This document shows, piece after piece, positions 1 to 8,636 of a stretch of 64,000 nt of DNA. Each line of letters starts with the position of its first letter. Positions within the stretch are counted from its first letter, which is position 1. The notes beneath the pieces were generated by a model. That model was not told the origin of the DNA, ran no database searches, and saw nothing but the letters and a program-made list of their open reading frames with translations. Both the position numbers and the translations under genes were made by a program. The DNA is taken from assembly GCA_944391705.1 (NCBI GenBank), contig CALXUN010000007.1, positions 197 through 64,196 of the forward strand, read 5' to 3'. Source of the DNA: an uncultured Alphaproteobacteria bacterium. GTDB taxonomy: Bacteria; Pseudomonadota; Alphaproteobacteria; RF32; CAG-239.

Positions 1-908
1 AAGCGTTGACGCCTTTGCTTATTAAAATGTTAAGTGCCTTGTTCACGGCATTACGAGTGTCTGTTTTAGAAGTAAGTGTATCAAAATCGTATCCTCTTAA
101 AGATAAGAGTTCTGCATGAGCCGGCAAATACCAGTTGCCGGCACCGACAGCAGGGTCACCTTCAGCCACCCCGGGTGGATAAAAAGCTAAAGCTGCCAAT
201 GCCGCCGTCGGATAACAGTATCTTGCATAATTTTGCGTTCCCGGGGCAAAAGTACCGTCGGTACATCGACTGTATGTCGGTTTGGTTGCCGCCATCAAAG
301 CAGTATTTGGGTTACCGTTAAACAGCTGTTCATCTCTGTTTTTTAGACCGTTATTACGGAGTTCGGCTGTCGAATAATTGGTCAGGTTTATTACGTCTGT
401 ACCATGTAATCCCCAGGACATTTGAGTTACGTTTCCACCATACGGATCAAGCGGATTAAAACTATAATCGACATCAGATAAAGTAAGAAAATTTAGATTA
501 ACAATTTTTCCGTGATTACCCTCAGTATCAGCTTCAAAGACGATACCGACGGGGATTTTGGATCCGTCATAATTTTGGGCAAAGCCGCAAGTTCCGTCAG
601 CATAATAAACGGAGCCGATTTCGCAGACAGCCGGGACACAGTCTAAGCAGGATATATCTTTGTATTCGACTTCGAGGCAGTCGTCATTAATTCCGGCTTT
701 ATTTTTGTATCTGCCGTCTTCGCAGGTCCACTCATCGCAATACCAGCGGGGAAACATCGAACAGGCAGGCGATGCCGCCATAAGGGCAGAAACTTTCGGT
801 ATAACCCAGATTATCACATTTCAAGGTGTTGTTTTCGACGCATAAGGCGGCCCAAACGGCGGCCGGAAATGATAAAACGGTTGAGAAGACCCAAAAAAAT
901 ATTTTCAT
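1..908 (-). pseudogene. Secreted Cys-rich protein with DUF1566/C-type-lectin-like C-terminal domain; frameshifted and running off the window edge
   Basis: ATG at 908 gives MKIFFWVFSTVLSFPAAVWA-ALC...CDNLGYTESFCPYGGIACLFDVS, then a stop at 732-734. Removing one base of the G4 run at 748-751 continues RWYCDEWTCEDGRY...CEIGSVYYADGTC...PVGIVF...GAGNWYLPAHAEL open to base 1. Confidence 0.7.
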
Positions 909-944
909 AAAGCTTTTCCTGACAAAGTTCTTGAATTAAACTTC

Positions 945-972
945 ATCATAAACCGTTTTTTTTTTTTTGCAA
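945..972 (-). promoter_or_regulatory. Sigma70-like promoter with A13 tract in the -35/spacer
   Basis: Minus strand TTGCAA (972-967), 16 nt, TATGAT (950-945), 36 nt upstream of ATG 908; homopolymer at 956-968. Confidence 0.55.
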
Positions 973-1262
973 CTTTAAAGTTCGCGGCAAAAAAAGCCCC
1001 CTTGGAGAGAATGAATTTTCATGAGGGTCTTATACTTGAACGCAAGAGTGTTCTCTTAAGGCATGGCAGTTTCTGTACTGTCTCTCTTATAAGGACACAT
1101 TAATGTCCAAATACAAGGAGTCCAAAAACATAAAGCATAACGGCTTGAGAAACAGCTTCATGTTTTTGTAACCAGCAGAGCTCTTATATGTAGCAGGGTA
1201 TTGTGTTTATAAATTTACTGGCTTTTTAAAAATTAATTTGTTATCTTAAAATAAGATTTAAC

Positions 1263-1814
1263 ATGAAAAATTATATTGCTCATTTAATAGTAACTTTTTT
1301 TGGAAGCGGTTTTAATCATGTGGCACCGGCTAGTTTTTCGTGTTTAATGGCAACGCCTTTAATAATACTCATAGCTTGTTATCAGGGAACAAGAGGACTT
1401 ATAATTACAGCAGGGATTATATTTATTTTAGGTTTTTGGTCAGTACGGAAAACAATACACAGAAAGTCTGACAAAAATCCTGCAAAAATCGTTATTGATG
1501 ATGTGCTGGGCTTATGTATCAGTTTAATTTATGTTGCGCCGGAATTATATCGGAGTTACTCCTTTTATACACTTGCCGGAGCCCTGGCAGTTGCTTTTAT
1601 GTATATTTGTGTATCAAATATTTTTAAAATCATGAAACACGATGAAAAAGTCCTTGAAATTTTTAATAATGCATTTGGTGTCATGTTGGATGATATTTTA
1701 GTTGCCGGTTACACCATTTTGTTAATTATATTGATTCTTGGAACGTTTGACGGCTCTATTCATTCAACGGGAGCAACCATAGCGTTATCCAGACGATGGT
1801 TCATATCCCATTAA
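1263..1814 (+). CDS. Phosphatidylglycerophosphatase A (PgpA)-like membrane protein, divergent
   Basis: FFGSG..APAS N-terminus, NPAKIVIDDVLG and FGVMLDDILVAG motifs, multiple TM segments. Confidence 0.65.
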   Translation: MKNYIAHLIVTFFGSGFNHVAPASFSCLMATPLIILIACYQGTRGLIITAGIIFILGFWSVRKTIHRKSDKNPAKIVIDDVLGLCISLIYVAPELYRSYSFYTLAGALAVAFMYICVSNIFKIMKHDEKVLEIFNNAFGVMLDDILVAGYTILLIILILGTFDGSIHSTGATIALSRRWFISH

Positions 1815-1936
1815 ATATTGTAATAAACCTTCTTCATAAAAAGTTTATTAATTTTACCAAAGCCATTTTGGGGTAACGTTGAAAGGTCGGCAATTTATAG
1901 CAGACACCCAAAATAACCATGTAAAAATTTTTGATT

Positions 1937-2566
1937 TTATTTAACGGATGAAAATTTTTTAATAACTTTATCTAAAGAAGCATCAATTAATTTTTCGTGA
2001 TCAGCCGGCGTTAAATGGGTGTGAAGGTGTTTTTTGACCTTATCAACGGCTAAAGAAGCAATTGTTTTGTTAATTTCGTTTCTGACTTTTTCGGCAGACA
2101 AAGCAATACTGTTTTCAACTTCTTTGCGGCGGATTTCCAAATCTTGTTCCAACTTTTGCAATTCATCGTTTTTTAACAACTCGATTTCTTTTTCTGACCG
2201 CTCTAAAATTTCATTAGCTTCATCTTTGGCATGCAAAAATTTCTTTTCATACTGTGCCAGCAATTTTTGGGCATCATCACGCAGATGTTCGGCCTGAGTA
2301 ATTTGATCAATAATTTCACTGCGTCGTTTTACCAACATGGATTTTAACATTTTTCCAAGCGGCTTAAACAAAAGAACGACAACCAATATAAAGGCAAAGC
2401 CGACCCAAAATTCTGCCGTTTGATAAAAGACTTCTTCGCCATGCGCTTCAAGCACGGACAAGTTCTCGGTTTTATCAACCGTTGCGGCAACATCTTCGGA
2501 CACATTCAACAAAATATTATCATTTTCCGAAATTTTTATTTGATTATTTATTGTCTGTCCGGTCAT
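1937..2566 (-). CDS. atpF: F0F1 ATP synthase subunit b
   Basis: AEFWVGFAFILVVVLLFKP TM followed by a charged coiled coil; last gene of the F0 operon. Confidence 0.85.
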   Translation of the reverse strand: MTGQTINNQIKISENDNILLNVSEDVAATVDKTENLSVLEAHGEEVFYQTAEFWVGFAFILVVVLLFKPLGKMLKSMLVKRRSEIIDQITQAEHLRDDAQKLLAQYEKKFLHAKDEANEILERSEKEIELLKNDELQKLEQDLEIRRKEVENSIALSAEKVRNEINKTIASLAVDKVKKHLHTHLTPADHEKLIDASLDKVIKKFSSVK

Positions 2567-2569
2567 AAT

Positions 2570-3022
2570 TTATTCCTTGTTTATGCTTTTTTTTACGCCG
2601 AATTTAACCAAAATACGGTCTGCCAGCAATTCTGAAATCTGTTCAACTGTTTCCAGCGTCTCCTGGCGCTGTTTTTCCAGCATATATTCATTGTCGGCGA
2701 TTTTACGGTTAAGGATATCTTCAATTTCGGCATGCTTCTCCGAAATAGTTTTAACCAAATCGGTTTTATTTTGTTCAATGCGTAGATTAGCCTTTTCTTT
2801 GGCTTTTTTCAAAGCCTTTTCGTACTTTTCCAAGGATTGAAGCGCCTGTTTGTTGATTTTTTCGGCCTTTTGGATAAAGCCGTCAATTTTTTGGCGGCGT
2901 TGTTCCATAATATCTTCAATCCTCGGAATAATAAACCACGACATAAAAAACCACAGGCTGAGAAAAGTTAACAACAGCCAGAAAATTTGTGATAAATATG
3001 TCGAAGTGTCAAGCTGTGGCAT
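2570..3022 (-). CDS. F0F1 ATP synthase subunit b'
   Basis: MPQLDTSTYLSQIFWL signature of alphaproteobacterial b'. Confidence 0.9.
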   Translation of the reverse strand: MPQLDTSTYLSQIFWLLLTFLSLWFFMSWFIIPRIEDIMEQRRQKIDGFIQKAEKINKQALQSLEKYEKALKKAKEKANLRIEQNKTDLVKTISEKHAEIEDILNRKIADNEYMLEKQRQETLETVEQISELLADRILVKFGVKKSINKE

Positions 3023-3023
3023 A

Positions 3024-3245
3024 TTAGTTGCCTGTTAAAATGACAAGAGCAATGACCAGAGCATACAAAGCAATAGCCTCAATAGCGGCAAATCCGGCCC
3101 AGCCGTAAATATCAACATCTTTTTTTACTTGCGGATTGCGGCCGACGGTTTCAATGATAGTCATCCATAATTTGGCGACACCCCAGGCTGAGGCCATCAT
3201 GGATAAAGCGCACAAAGCAGCAGAAACATAAGCTAACGGTTCCAT
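3024..3245 (-). CDS. atpE: F0F1 ATP synthase subunit c
   Basis: 73-aa hairpin, RNP loop, ion-binding Glu in IEAIALY. Confidence 0.9.
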   Translation of the reverse strand: MEPLAYVSAALCALSMMASAWGVAKLWMTIIETVGRNPQVKKDVDIYGWAGFAAIEAIALYALVIALVILTGN

Positions 3246-3266
3246 AAAATTTTCCTTTCCTTAAAG

Positions 3267-3989
3267 TTAATGATAGTGAATGGCATCACTCAAATAAATA
3301 CAGCTTAACACGGTAAAAATAAATGCCTGTAAGACTGCAATAAAGATTTCAAAAATAATAATACATGCATCAAATAATAGCGGCACGGCGCCGGCCAAGC
3401 CTAATGTAACGACAAATCCGGCCAAAATCTTTAACATAATGTGTCCGACCGTCATGTTGGCAACCAAACGAACGGTCAGACTGAACGGTTTGGATAAAAG
3501 CGATATAGCCTCAATCGGCACCACCAGCGGCGCCAACGGCCACGGAATCCCTTTGGGCAAAAAGGTTCGCAAATATCCCCATTTTTTGGTATAAAAACCG
3601 ACAACGATATTAAATAACAACGCAAACACCGCCAGAGTTCCGACCGTCGCCAAATGTGAAGTGAAAGTAAAACTGTAAGGAAACAAGCCCAACAGATTGC
3701 CGAAAGCGATAAACAAAAATATGCTGAAAATAAATGAAAAATATTTCAAACCATCTTTTCCGGCGCAGTTTAACAAAAGATTTCGGATAAAATTATACAC
3801 CGTTTCCGGCACAAGTTGCGCCATTCCCGGCACGATTGTTCGTTTCCTTAGGCAAAAACCCAAAATAATCACAACGGCGGCAACGGCCAAAACCATAAAT
3901 AGGGAAGAATTTGTAAACGAAACGTCATATCCGCCGATGTTGAGCGGAATAAGCGGTTTAACGTTAAATTGTTCCAAAGGACTTGCCAT
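3267..3989 (-). CDS. atpB: F0F1 ATP synthase subunit a
   Basis: SPLEQF, FTNSSLFM, SLTVRLVANMTVGH, LQAFIF motifs. Confidence 0.95.
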   Translation of the reverse strand: MASPLEQFNVKPLIPLNIGGYDVSFTNSSLFMVLAVAAVVIILGFCLRKRTIVPGMAQLVPETVYNFIRNLLLNCAGKDGLKYFSFIFSIFLFIAFGNLLGLFPYSFTFTSHLATVGTLAVFALLFNIVVGFYTKKWGYLRTFLPKGIPWPLAPLVVPIEAISLLSKPFSLTVRLVANMTVGHIMLKILAGFVVTLGLAGAVPLLFDACIIIFEIFIAVLQAFIFTVLSCIYLSDAIHYH

Positions 3990-3995
3990 TTTTAA

Positions 3996-4298
3996 TTACT
4001 CCTTGGGCTTATTTTCCACCCGAAATGTTTTATAAATGTTTAAAACACCTGCGGCACCGCCCAAAATTGTAAAAATAGCAGCCAGCCACGGCCGTGTGGA
4101 AAACAAATCATCCAACAAATAACCGATTCCGGCGCCGATAAGCACGCCGGAAAGCAGCTCCACACTTATCTGAAAGCCTACTGCCGTTTGTGAATAAGTG
4201 TTTTTTTGCGATTCCGAAACTTTGGAAATATCAATGTGCTTCGTCTTAAAATCGCGAATCCGCTGATTGATATCCTTAATATCTTCCGGTTCTTTCAT
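3996..4298 (-). CDS. atpI: AtpZ/AtpI family protein
   Basis: ELLSGVLIGAGIGYLLDDLFSTRPW; first gene of the F0 operon. Confidence 0.85.
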   Translation of the reverse strand: MKEPEDIKDINQRIRDFKTKHIDISKVSESQKNTYSQTAVGFQISVELLSGVLIGAGIGYLLDDLFSTRPWLAAIFTILGGAAGVLNIYKTFRVENKPKE

Positions 4299-4313
4299 AA
4301 AAAAACTCCGAGT

Positions 4314-5045
4314 TTATGATAACAATCCGGATAAATAATTTTTTAAGTCCTCATAATCGGGAACGCCGTAAATAATGCTGTATTGCCCGTTATGAACAAT
4401 CAAAAAAGCCGGAGTTCCCTGCATTTTGAGCTTATCAATAGCTTCCTGCCGGTCGCTGATAATCTGTTGGGCAAGCGCATTATTTTTAAGGCATTCTTCA
4501 GCGGCCGTTTTTTTCAATCCGTTTGCCAGAGCATAGCTTTTTAAAATTTTTTCTGAATTGAAAGAAAGTCCCCATTCACGCTGGTTTTCAAAAACCATTT
4601 TTAAAAAATTCTCCCGGTTCTGTGCCGGAACACACTCTGAAAGCATAGCCGCCTGCATGGATTTGCGTTCCAGTGGGAAATTAATAAAAGCAACTTGCAA
4701 ATCACCATTGTCAATAAAATCTTTTTTAAGTTTCGGTAAAATGTTGAGGTGAAAATGGGCACAATGTGTACAGCCCAAAGAAGAAAGTTCATACATAACA
4801 AGAGGGGCGTCTTTCTTTCCGAGGGTATCAGCCAGCTTAAAATTCAAAGCCAGATTATCATCTAATTTAACGGCAATATCATGAGGGGCGTTGTCATCTA
4901 AGGCCTGTGCTGTGGCAGGCTGAACCAGAGTGAAAGTACCGTCATGAAAAACAAATCCTTTTAAAGACAGATAACCGTATGCGCAAATGACATAAATTAA
5001 AACTGTTGTAATTATAGAACTTAAACGGCGGATAAATTTTTCCAC
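4314..5045 (-). CDS. DsbA-family thioredoxin-fold protein
   Basis: LGKKDAP, SLGCTHCAHFH (CxxC), FPL, GTPAF; N-terminal membrane anchor. Confidence 0.85.
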   Translation of the reverse strand: MEKFIRRLSSIITTVLIYVICAYGYLSLKGFVFHDGTFTLVQPATAQALDDNAPHDIAVKLDDNLALNFKLADTLGKKDAPLVMYELSSLGCTHCAHFHLNILPKLKKDFIDNGDLQVAFINFPLERKSMQAAMLSECVPAQNRENFLKMVFENQREWGLSFNSEKILKSYALANGLKKTAAEECLKNNALAQQIISDRQEAIDKLKMQGTPAFLIVHNGQYSIIYGVPDYEDLKNYLSGLLS

Positions 5046-5055
5046 GGGAAACCTC

Positions 5056-5598
5056 CTAGTTATTGTTTTTAAATATGCTCTCGCCCAAACGTCGCAAACA
5101 TTCCTGCAGCTGCGGATGCCGGACGTCTTTTGTTACCATGTCAATATAATTTTGTTCATCAGCTGTTACAAGTTTTTTCTTGCTCTTATCATCAACATTG
5201 GGGGAAGGCTTGGTATGTATAAAGGCATCATTTTGCACGATTTTTATTTTTGCAACAGCCTGATAACCGAAAAAAGTATTGATTTTTTCTATAAGGAGCG
5301 GAGTTTTATGTTGAATTTCCACGGCAAAGGCGCCGCTTGCCACCAAAAGATACAAAGTTCCGCCATTTCTTGTGCCGGTTTTAAATTCGATTTTTTGCGG
5401 CAGGGAATGTTGAGCCAGTTCTTCCCCGGCGATAGTCGTCCAATTGGCCAGGATATCAATTTCTGCCAGTCCTTTATCGCCTAAAAGTTTTTTAACCAAC
5501 GGCGCCATTCCGGCAGACAATGCTTCCAGGCCGCGAGCCTGGTGTTCTTTGCTGATAATATCTTTGGGTTTGTTTTTCATGGGATTGATTTTAAGCAA
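5056..5598 (-). CDS. DUF721/DciA family protein
   Basis: NWTTIAGEELA..P.KI, AVEIQHKTPLLIEKINTFFGYQAVAKIKIVQ; upstream of dsbA as usual in Alphaproteobacteria. Confidence 0.85.
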   Translation of the reverse strand: MLKINPMKNKPKDIISKEHQARGLEALSAGMAPLVKKLLGDKGLAEIDILANWTTIAGEELAQHSLPQKIEFKTGTRNGGTLYLLVASGAFAVEIQHKTPLLIEKINTFFGYQAVAKIKIVQNDAFIHTKPSPNVDDKSKKKLVTADEQNYIDMVTKDVRHPQLQECLRRLGESIFKNNN

Positions 5599-5616
5599 AA
5601 ATTTTCAAACTGTAAA

Positions 5617-6522
5617 TTAAATTTTCAAAAATTGCAGAGGGTGTTTTTGTTTGACGGTTTCCATTAATTTTTGTGAGGTAATATGAGTATAAATTTCCGT
5701 GGTGGCCACGCTTTCATGTCCGAGCATTTTTTGCACCGAACGCAAATCCGCCTGGTGATTAATCAAATTTGTGGCAAACGAATGCCGTAGGGTATGAGGT
5801 GAAACAAGCCTGGCGTTAAAACCGCATTCCAAAGCCAGAAGTTTAAGCTGTTTGAAAAAAGCATCGCGGGTAATATGTCCGGCTGCTGCTGATTTTGAAG
5901 GAAACAGCCAGGTTGATTTTTTGCCTTTGGTGATAAATTTGTCCCGACAATGTAAAGCATATTCCAAAACCGATTCGGCGGCATTGCGGGAAATCGGGAC
6001 AATTCTTTCTTTGCTGCCTTTGCCTTTGACGCATATTTGATGTTTGTCATAATTAATGGCGTTTTCCGGCAGTGCCACCAACTCGGAAACGCGTAATCCG
6101 GTAGCAAACATCAGCCGGATCATCACCCCGATTCGCTTAAATGCAAAATTGTTGTGATTTTGTGCCTGATCAATCAGCCGGGAAATTTGTTCCGGTGTTA
6201 AAAACTTAGGCAGGGGTTTTTCTTGTTTCGGGGTTAAAATATTTGCCGTCGGATTGTCTTTTAAAATTTTTTCGGAAAAAAGAAAACGGCAGAATTCACG
6301 CAAGGCGGAAAGTTTTCGCGCCTGGGTTTTGGGGGTATAAGCCTGCCTGCCGAGTTCGTGGATATAATCGGAAACAACCTCAAACGAAATAGCTTCCGGT
6401 TCAGTTTTGGTAATGTCAAAAAATTGTTCGATATCACGGCGATATGCATCCAAAGTGTTTTCTGCCGCGCCTTTTTCAGCCGCCATCATATCCAAAAACC
6501 ATGATAAATATTTTTCCCTCAT
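5617..6522 (-). CDS. xerD: Tyrosine recombinase XerD
   Basis: EKGAAENTLDAYRRD, TGLRVSEL, KGKGSKER, SPHTLRHSFAT, LGH...TTEIYTH; divergent from aroK. Confidence 0.88.
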   Translation of the reverse strand: MREKYLSWFLDMMAAEKGAAENTLDAYRRDIEQFFDITKTEPEAISFEVVSDYIHELGRQAYTPKTQARKLSALREFCRFLFSEKILKDNPTANILTPKQEKPLPKFLTPEQISRLIDQAQNHNNFAFKRIGVMIRLMFATGLRVSELVALPENAINYDKHQICVKGKGSKERIVPISRNAAESVLEYALHCRDKFITKGKKSTWLFPSKSAAAGHITRDAFFKQLKLLALECGFNARLVSPHTLRHSFATNLINHQADLRSVQKMLGHESVATTEIYTHITSQKLMETVKQKHPLQFLKI

Positions 6523-6541
6523 GGCATTTCCTGTTTAGAGT

Positions 6542-6682
6542 TTATTTATCAAACTCAACACTGACATCTTGTTCAACATGGTGCGTAATTGGCGTAATGT
6601 CTTTGGTCGCAATATAAACAACCGCGCCCAGAACAATAACGATTAAAACGTAGTAAAGCCATTTATAGTTTTTCTGCCTCAT
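6542..6682 (-). CDS. Small single-TM protein (46 aa), not in the ORF track
   Basis: MRQKNYKWLYYVLIVIVLGAVVYIATKDITPITHHVEQDVSVEFDK*, with AAGG upstream; lies between aroK and xerD. Confidence 0.65.
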   Translation of the reverse strand: MRQKNYKWLYYVLIVIVLGAVVYIATKDITPITHHVEQDVSVEFDK

Positions 6683-6769
6683 GGTAAAATACCTTATAAA
6701 AAATGTTGCTAAATCCGGATAACCTTTATATTATTTAGCATAATAATTTTGAAAGAAGTGTTAAAAATA

Positions 6770-7327
6770 ATGGTAAAAAATATAAATAAAATAATTCTTC
6801 TGGTCGGGCTGATGGGCAGCGGTAAAACAAGCGTCGGCAAGAGGCTGGCGCAAAAGCTTGAACTGCCGTTTGTCGACGGCGACCAGGAAATTGAAAAAGC
6901 CGCCGGCTTGTCATTGATAGATGTCTTGAAATGTTTTGGCCCGGAAGAATACCGCGCCGGCGAAATGCGGGTTATGAAACGCCTGCTGCAAGGGGAACCG
7001 TGTGTTCTGGCTTCCGGCGGCGGTTCTTTTGTTGCCGAGCAAACGCGCGAGATGGCAAAACTTCATGCTTTGACAATCTGGCTCAAAGCCGATATTGATA
7101 CGCTTTATAACCGTACGGCCGGCCGTAAGCACCGTCCTTTTTTGATGGGAGCCGATTCGCGCCTGAAAGAAAAACTCGAAAATTATATCAAAGAAGAATA
7201 CCCATATTATTCTACGGCAGATATTGTGGTTGAAACCAAAGATGAAAAAGTAGACAATACGGTTGCCCGGGTTATGCGGGCGATAGATGATTTTTATCGT
7301 GCGGAGAAAAAAAATGCGTCTAAATGA
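6770..7327 (+). CDS. aroK: Shikimate kinase
   Basis: LVGLMGSGKTSVGKRLA, DGDQEIE, ASGGG, RPFL. Confidence 0.92.
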   Translation: MVKNINKIILLVGLMGSGKTSVGKRLAQKLELPFVDGDQEIEKAAGLSLIDVLKCFGPEEYRAGEMRVMKRLLQGEPCVLASGGGSFVAEQTREMAKLHALTIWLKADIDTLYNRTAGRKHRPFLMGADSRLKEKLENYIKEEYPYYSTADIVVETKDEKVDNTVARVMRAIDDFYRAEKKNASK

Positions 7328-8024
7328 CCGCTTGCCGGATGTTTTAAGAAAAGTAGAACTTATTCCGGATATTAACCCTTATGCCGAAGGTTCGTGCCTG
7401 ATAAAATGCGGTAATACGCATGTTTTGTGTACAGCCTCGGTTGATGATAAATTGCCGGCCTGGCTTAAAGGCGGAGAAAAAGGCTGGATTACGGCTGAAT
7501 ATGCGCTTTTACCCCGCTCGACCAAAACCCGCGTTTCCCGTGAAACGCACGGACCGTCCGGCCGCACGCATGAAATTCAGCGTTTAATCGGCCGTTCGCT
7601 GCGGGCGGTTACGGATTTATCCGTGTTAAAAGATTATGTTATTCAGATTGACTGTGATGTTTTACAAGCAGACGGCGGTACCCGCACGGCGTCTGTCACC
7701 GGTGCTTTTGTAGCACTGTACCGGGCATTGCAGAAAATGGTGGCGGAAGGAAAAATTGAAAAAAATCCGGTTCGCGAATTTGTGGCGGCAGTGTCCTGCG
7801 GCTTAAAAAATGACGACGTTTTGCTGGATTTGGATTATGCGGAAGATTCGTCGGCCCGTGCCGATACGAATTTTGTTTTAACTGAAAGCGGCAGAATTGT
7901 TGAAATCCAAGGCACGGCAGAAGGAGAGCCGTTTTCCGAAGAACAATTTGCCCGGTTGTTCGGTTTGGCTAAAAAAGGTATTGCCGAGCTGATTAAATTG
8001 CAAAAAAAAGCGCTTGATTTATAA
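7314..8024 (+). CDS. rph: Ribonuclease PH
   Basis: GWITAEYALLPRST, SGRTHEIQRLIGRSLR, DCDVLQADGGTRTA. Confidence 0.96.
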   Translation: MRLNDRLPDVLRKVELIPDINPYAEGSCLIKCGNTHVLCTASVDDKLPAWLKGGEKGWITAEYALLPRSTKTRVSRETHGPSGRTHEIQRLIGRSLRAVTDLSVLKDYVIQIDCDVLQADGGTRTASVTGAFVALYRALQKMVAEGKIEKNPVREFVAAVSCGLKNDDVLLDLDYAEDSSARADTNFVLTESGRIVEIQGTAEGEPFSEEQFARLFGLAKKGIAELIKLQKKALDL

Positions 8025-8036
8025 AAGGATAAAGTC

Positions 8037-8624
8037 ATGGACGAATTAATCTTTGCCAGTCACAACCACGGCAAAATTGTCGAAATAAAACAAATGTTGG
8101 AGCCCTTAAAAATTAAGGTATTATCGGCAGAAGAAATAGAATTGCCGGATGTTGAAGAAACCGGAACGACTTTTGAAGAAAATGCCGCGCTGAAAGCTTT
8201 AACCATAGCCGGATTAACCGGCAAGCCCTGTCTGGCTGATGATTCCGGTTTATGTGTCAATGCCCTGGGCGGCCGCCCGGGTGTTTATTCGGCGCGTTAT
8301 GCCCCGAACCGTGATTTTAATCTGGCCATGGACAAGCTTTTAAACGAACTTAAAATTTCCGGAAGCACTGACCGGACAGCATATTTTGCCTGTGTGTTGG
8401 TTTTAGGCCGTCCCGACGGTTCATATAAAAGTTTTGAGGGACGCGTTAACGGCATGATTTCCGAATGTAAACATGGCAGCGGCGGCTTTGGTTTTGATCC
8501 GTTGTTTGTCCCGGACGGCTATGATGAAACCTTTGCCGAGTTGGGCGCCGATATCAAAAATAAAATTTCGCACCGCGGGCGTGCATTGCAAAAATTTATT
8601 GCTTATTTACAGTCGTTGTCATAA
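8037..8624 (+). CDS. rdgB: dITP/XTP pyrophosphatase
   Basis: ETGTTFEENA..KA, ADDSGL, PGVYSARY, GFGFDPLF, KNKISHRGRA. Confidence 0.95.
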   Translation: MDELIFASHNHGKIVEIKQMLEPLKIKVLSAEEIELPDVEETGTTFEENAALKALTIAGLTGKPCLADDSGLCVNALGGRPGVYSARYAPNRDFNLAMDKLLNELKISGSTDRTAYFACVLVLGRPDGSYKSFEGRVNGMISECKHGSGGFGFDPLFVPDGYDETFAELGADIKNKISHRGRALQKFIAYLQSLS

Positions 8625-8636
8625 CGGAGCAAAACA

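Noticed and set aside
1-908. Diversity-generating retroelement
   Set aside because: Only a possible target-type domain is present; no reverse transcriptase or template repeat in the window
985-1200. Possible structured ncRNA (short inverted repeats such as aaaaacataaagc/gcttcatgttttt)
   Set aside because: No recognisable family motif; would need an Infernal/Rfam search
5617-6522. Tyrosine recombinase as the integrase or shufflon recombinase of the pil/T4SS locus
   Set aside because: Typical XerD sequence in its usual aroK context, 9 kb away behind housekeeping genes; no pilV or sfx repeats seen
6770-7327. aroK not followed by aroB
   Set aside because: May be a simple rearrangement; cannot be judged from one window
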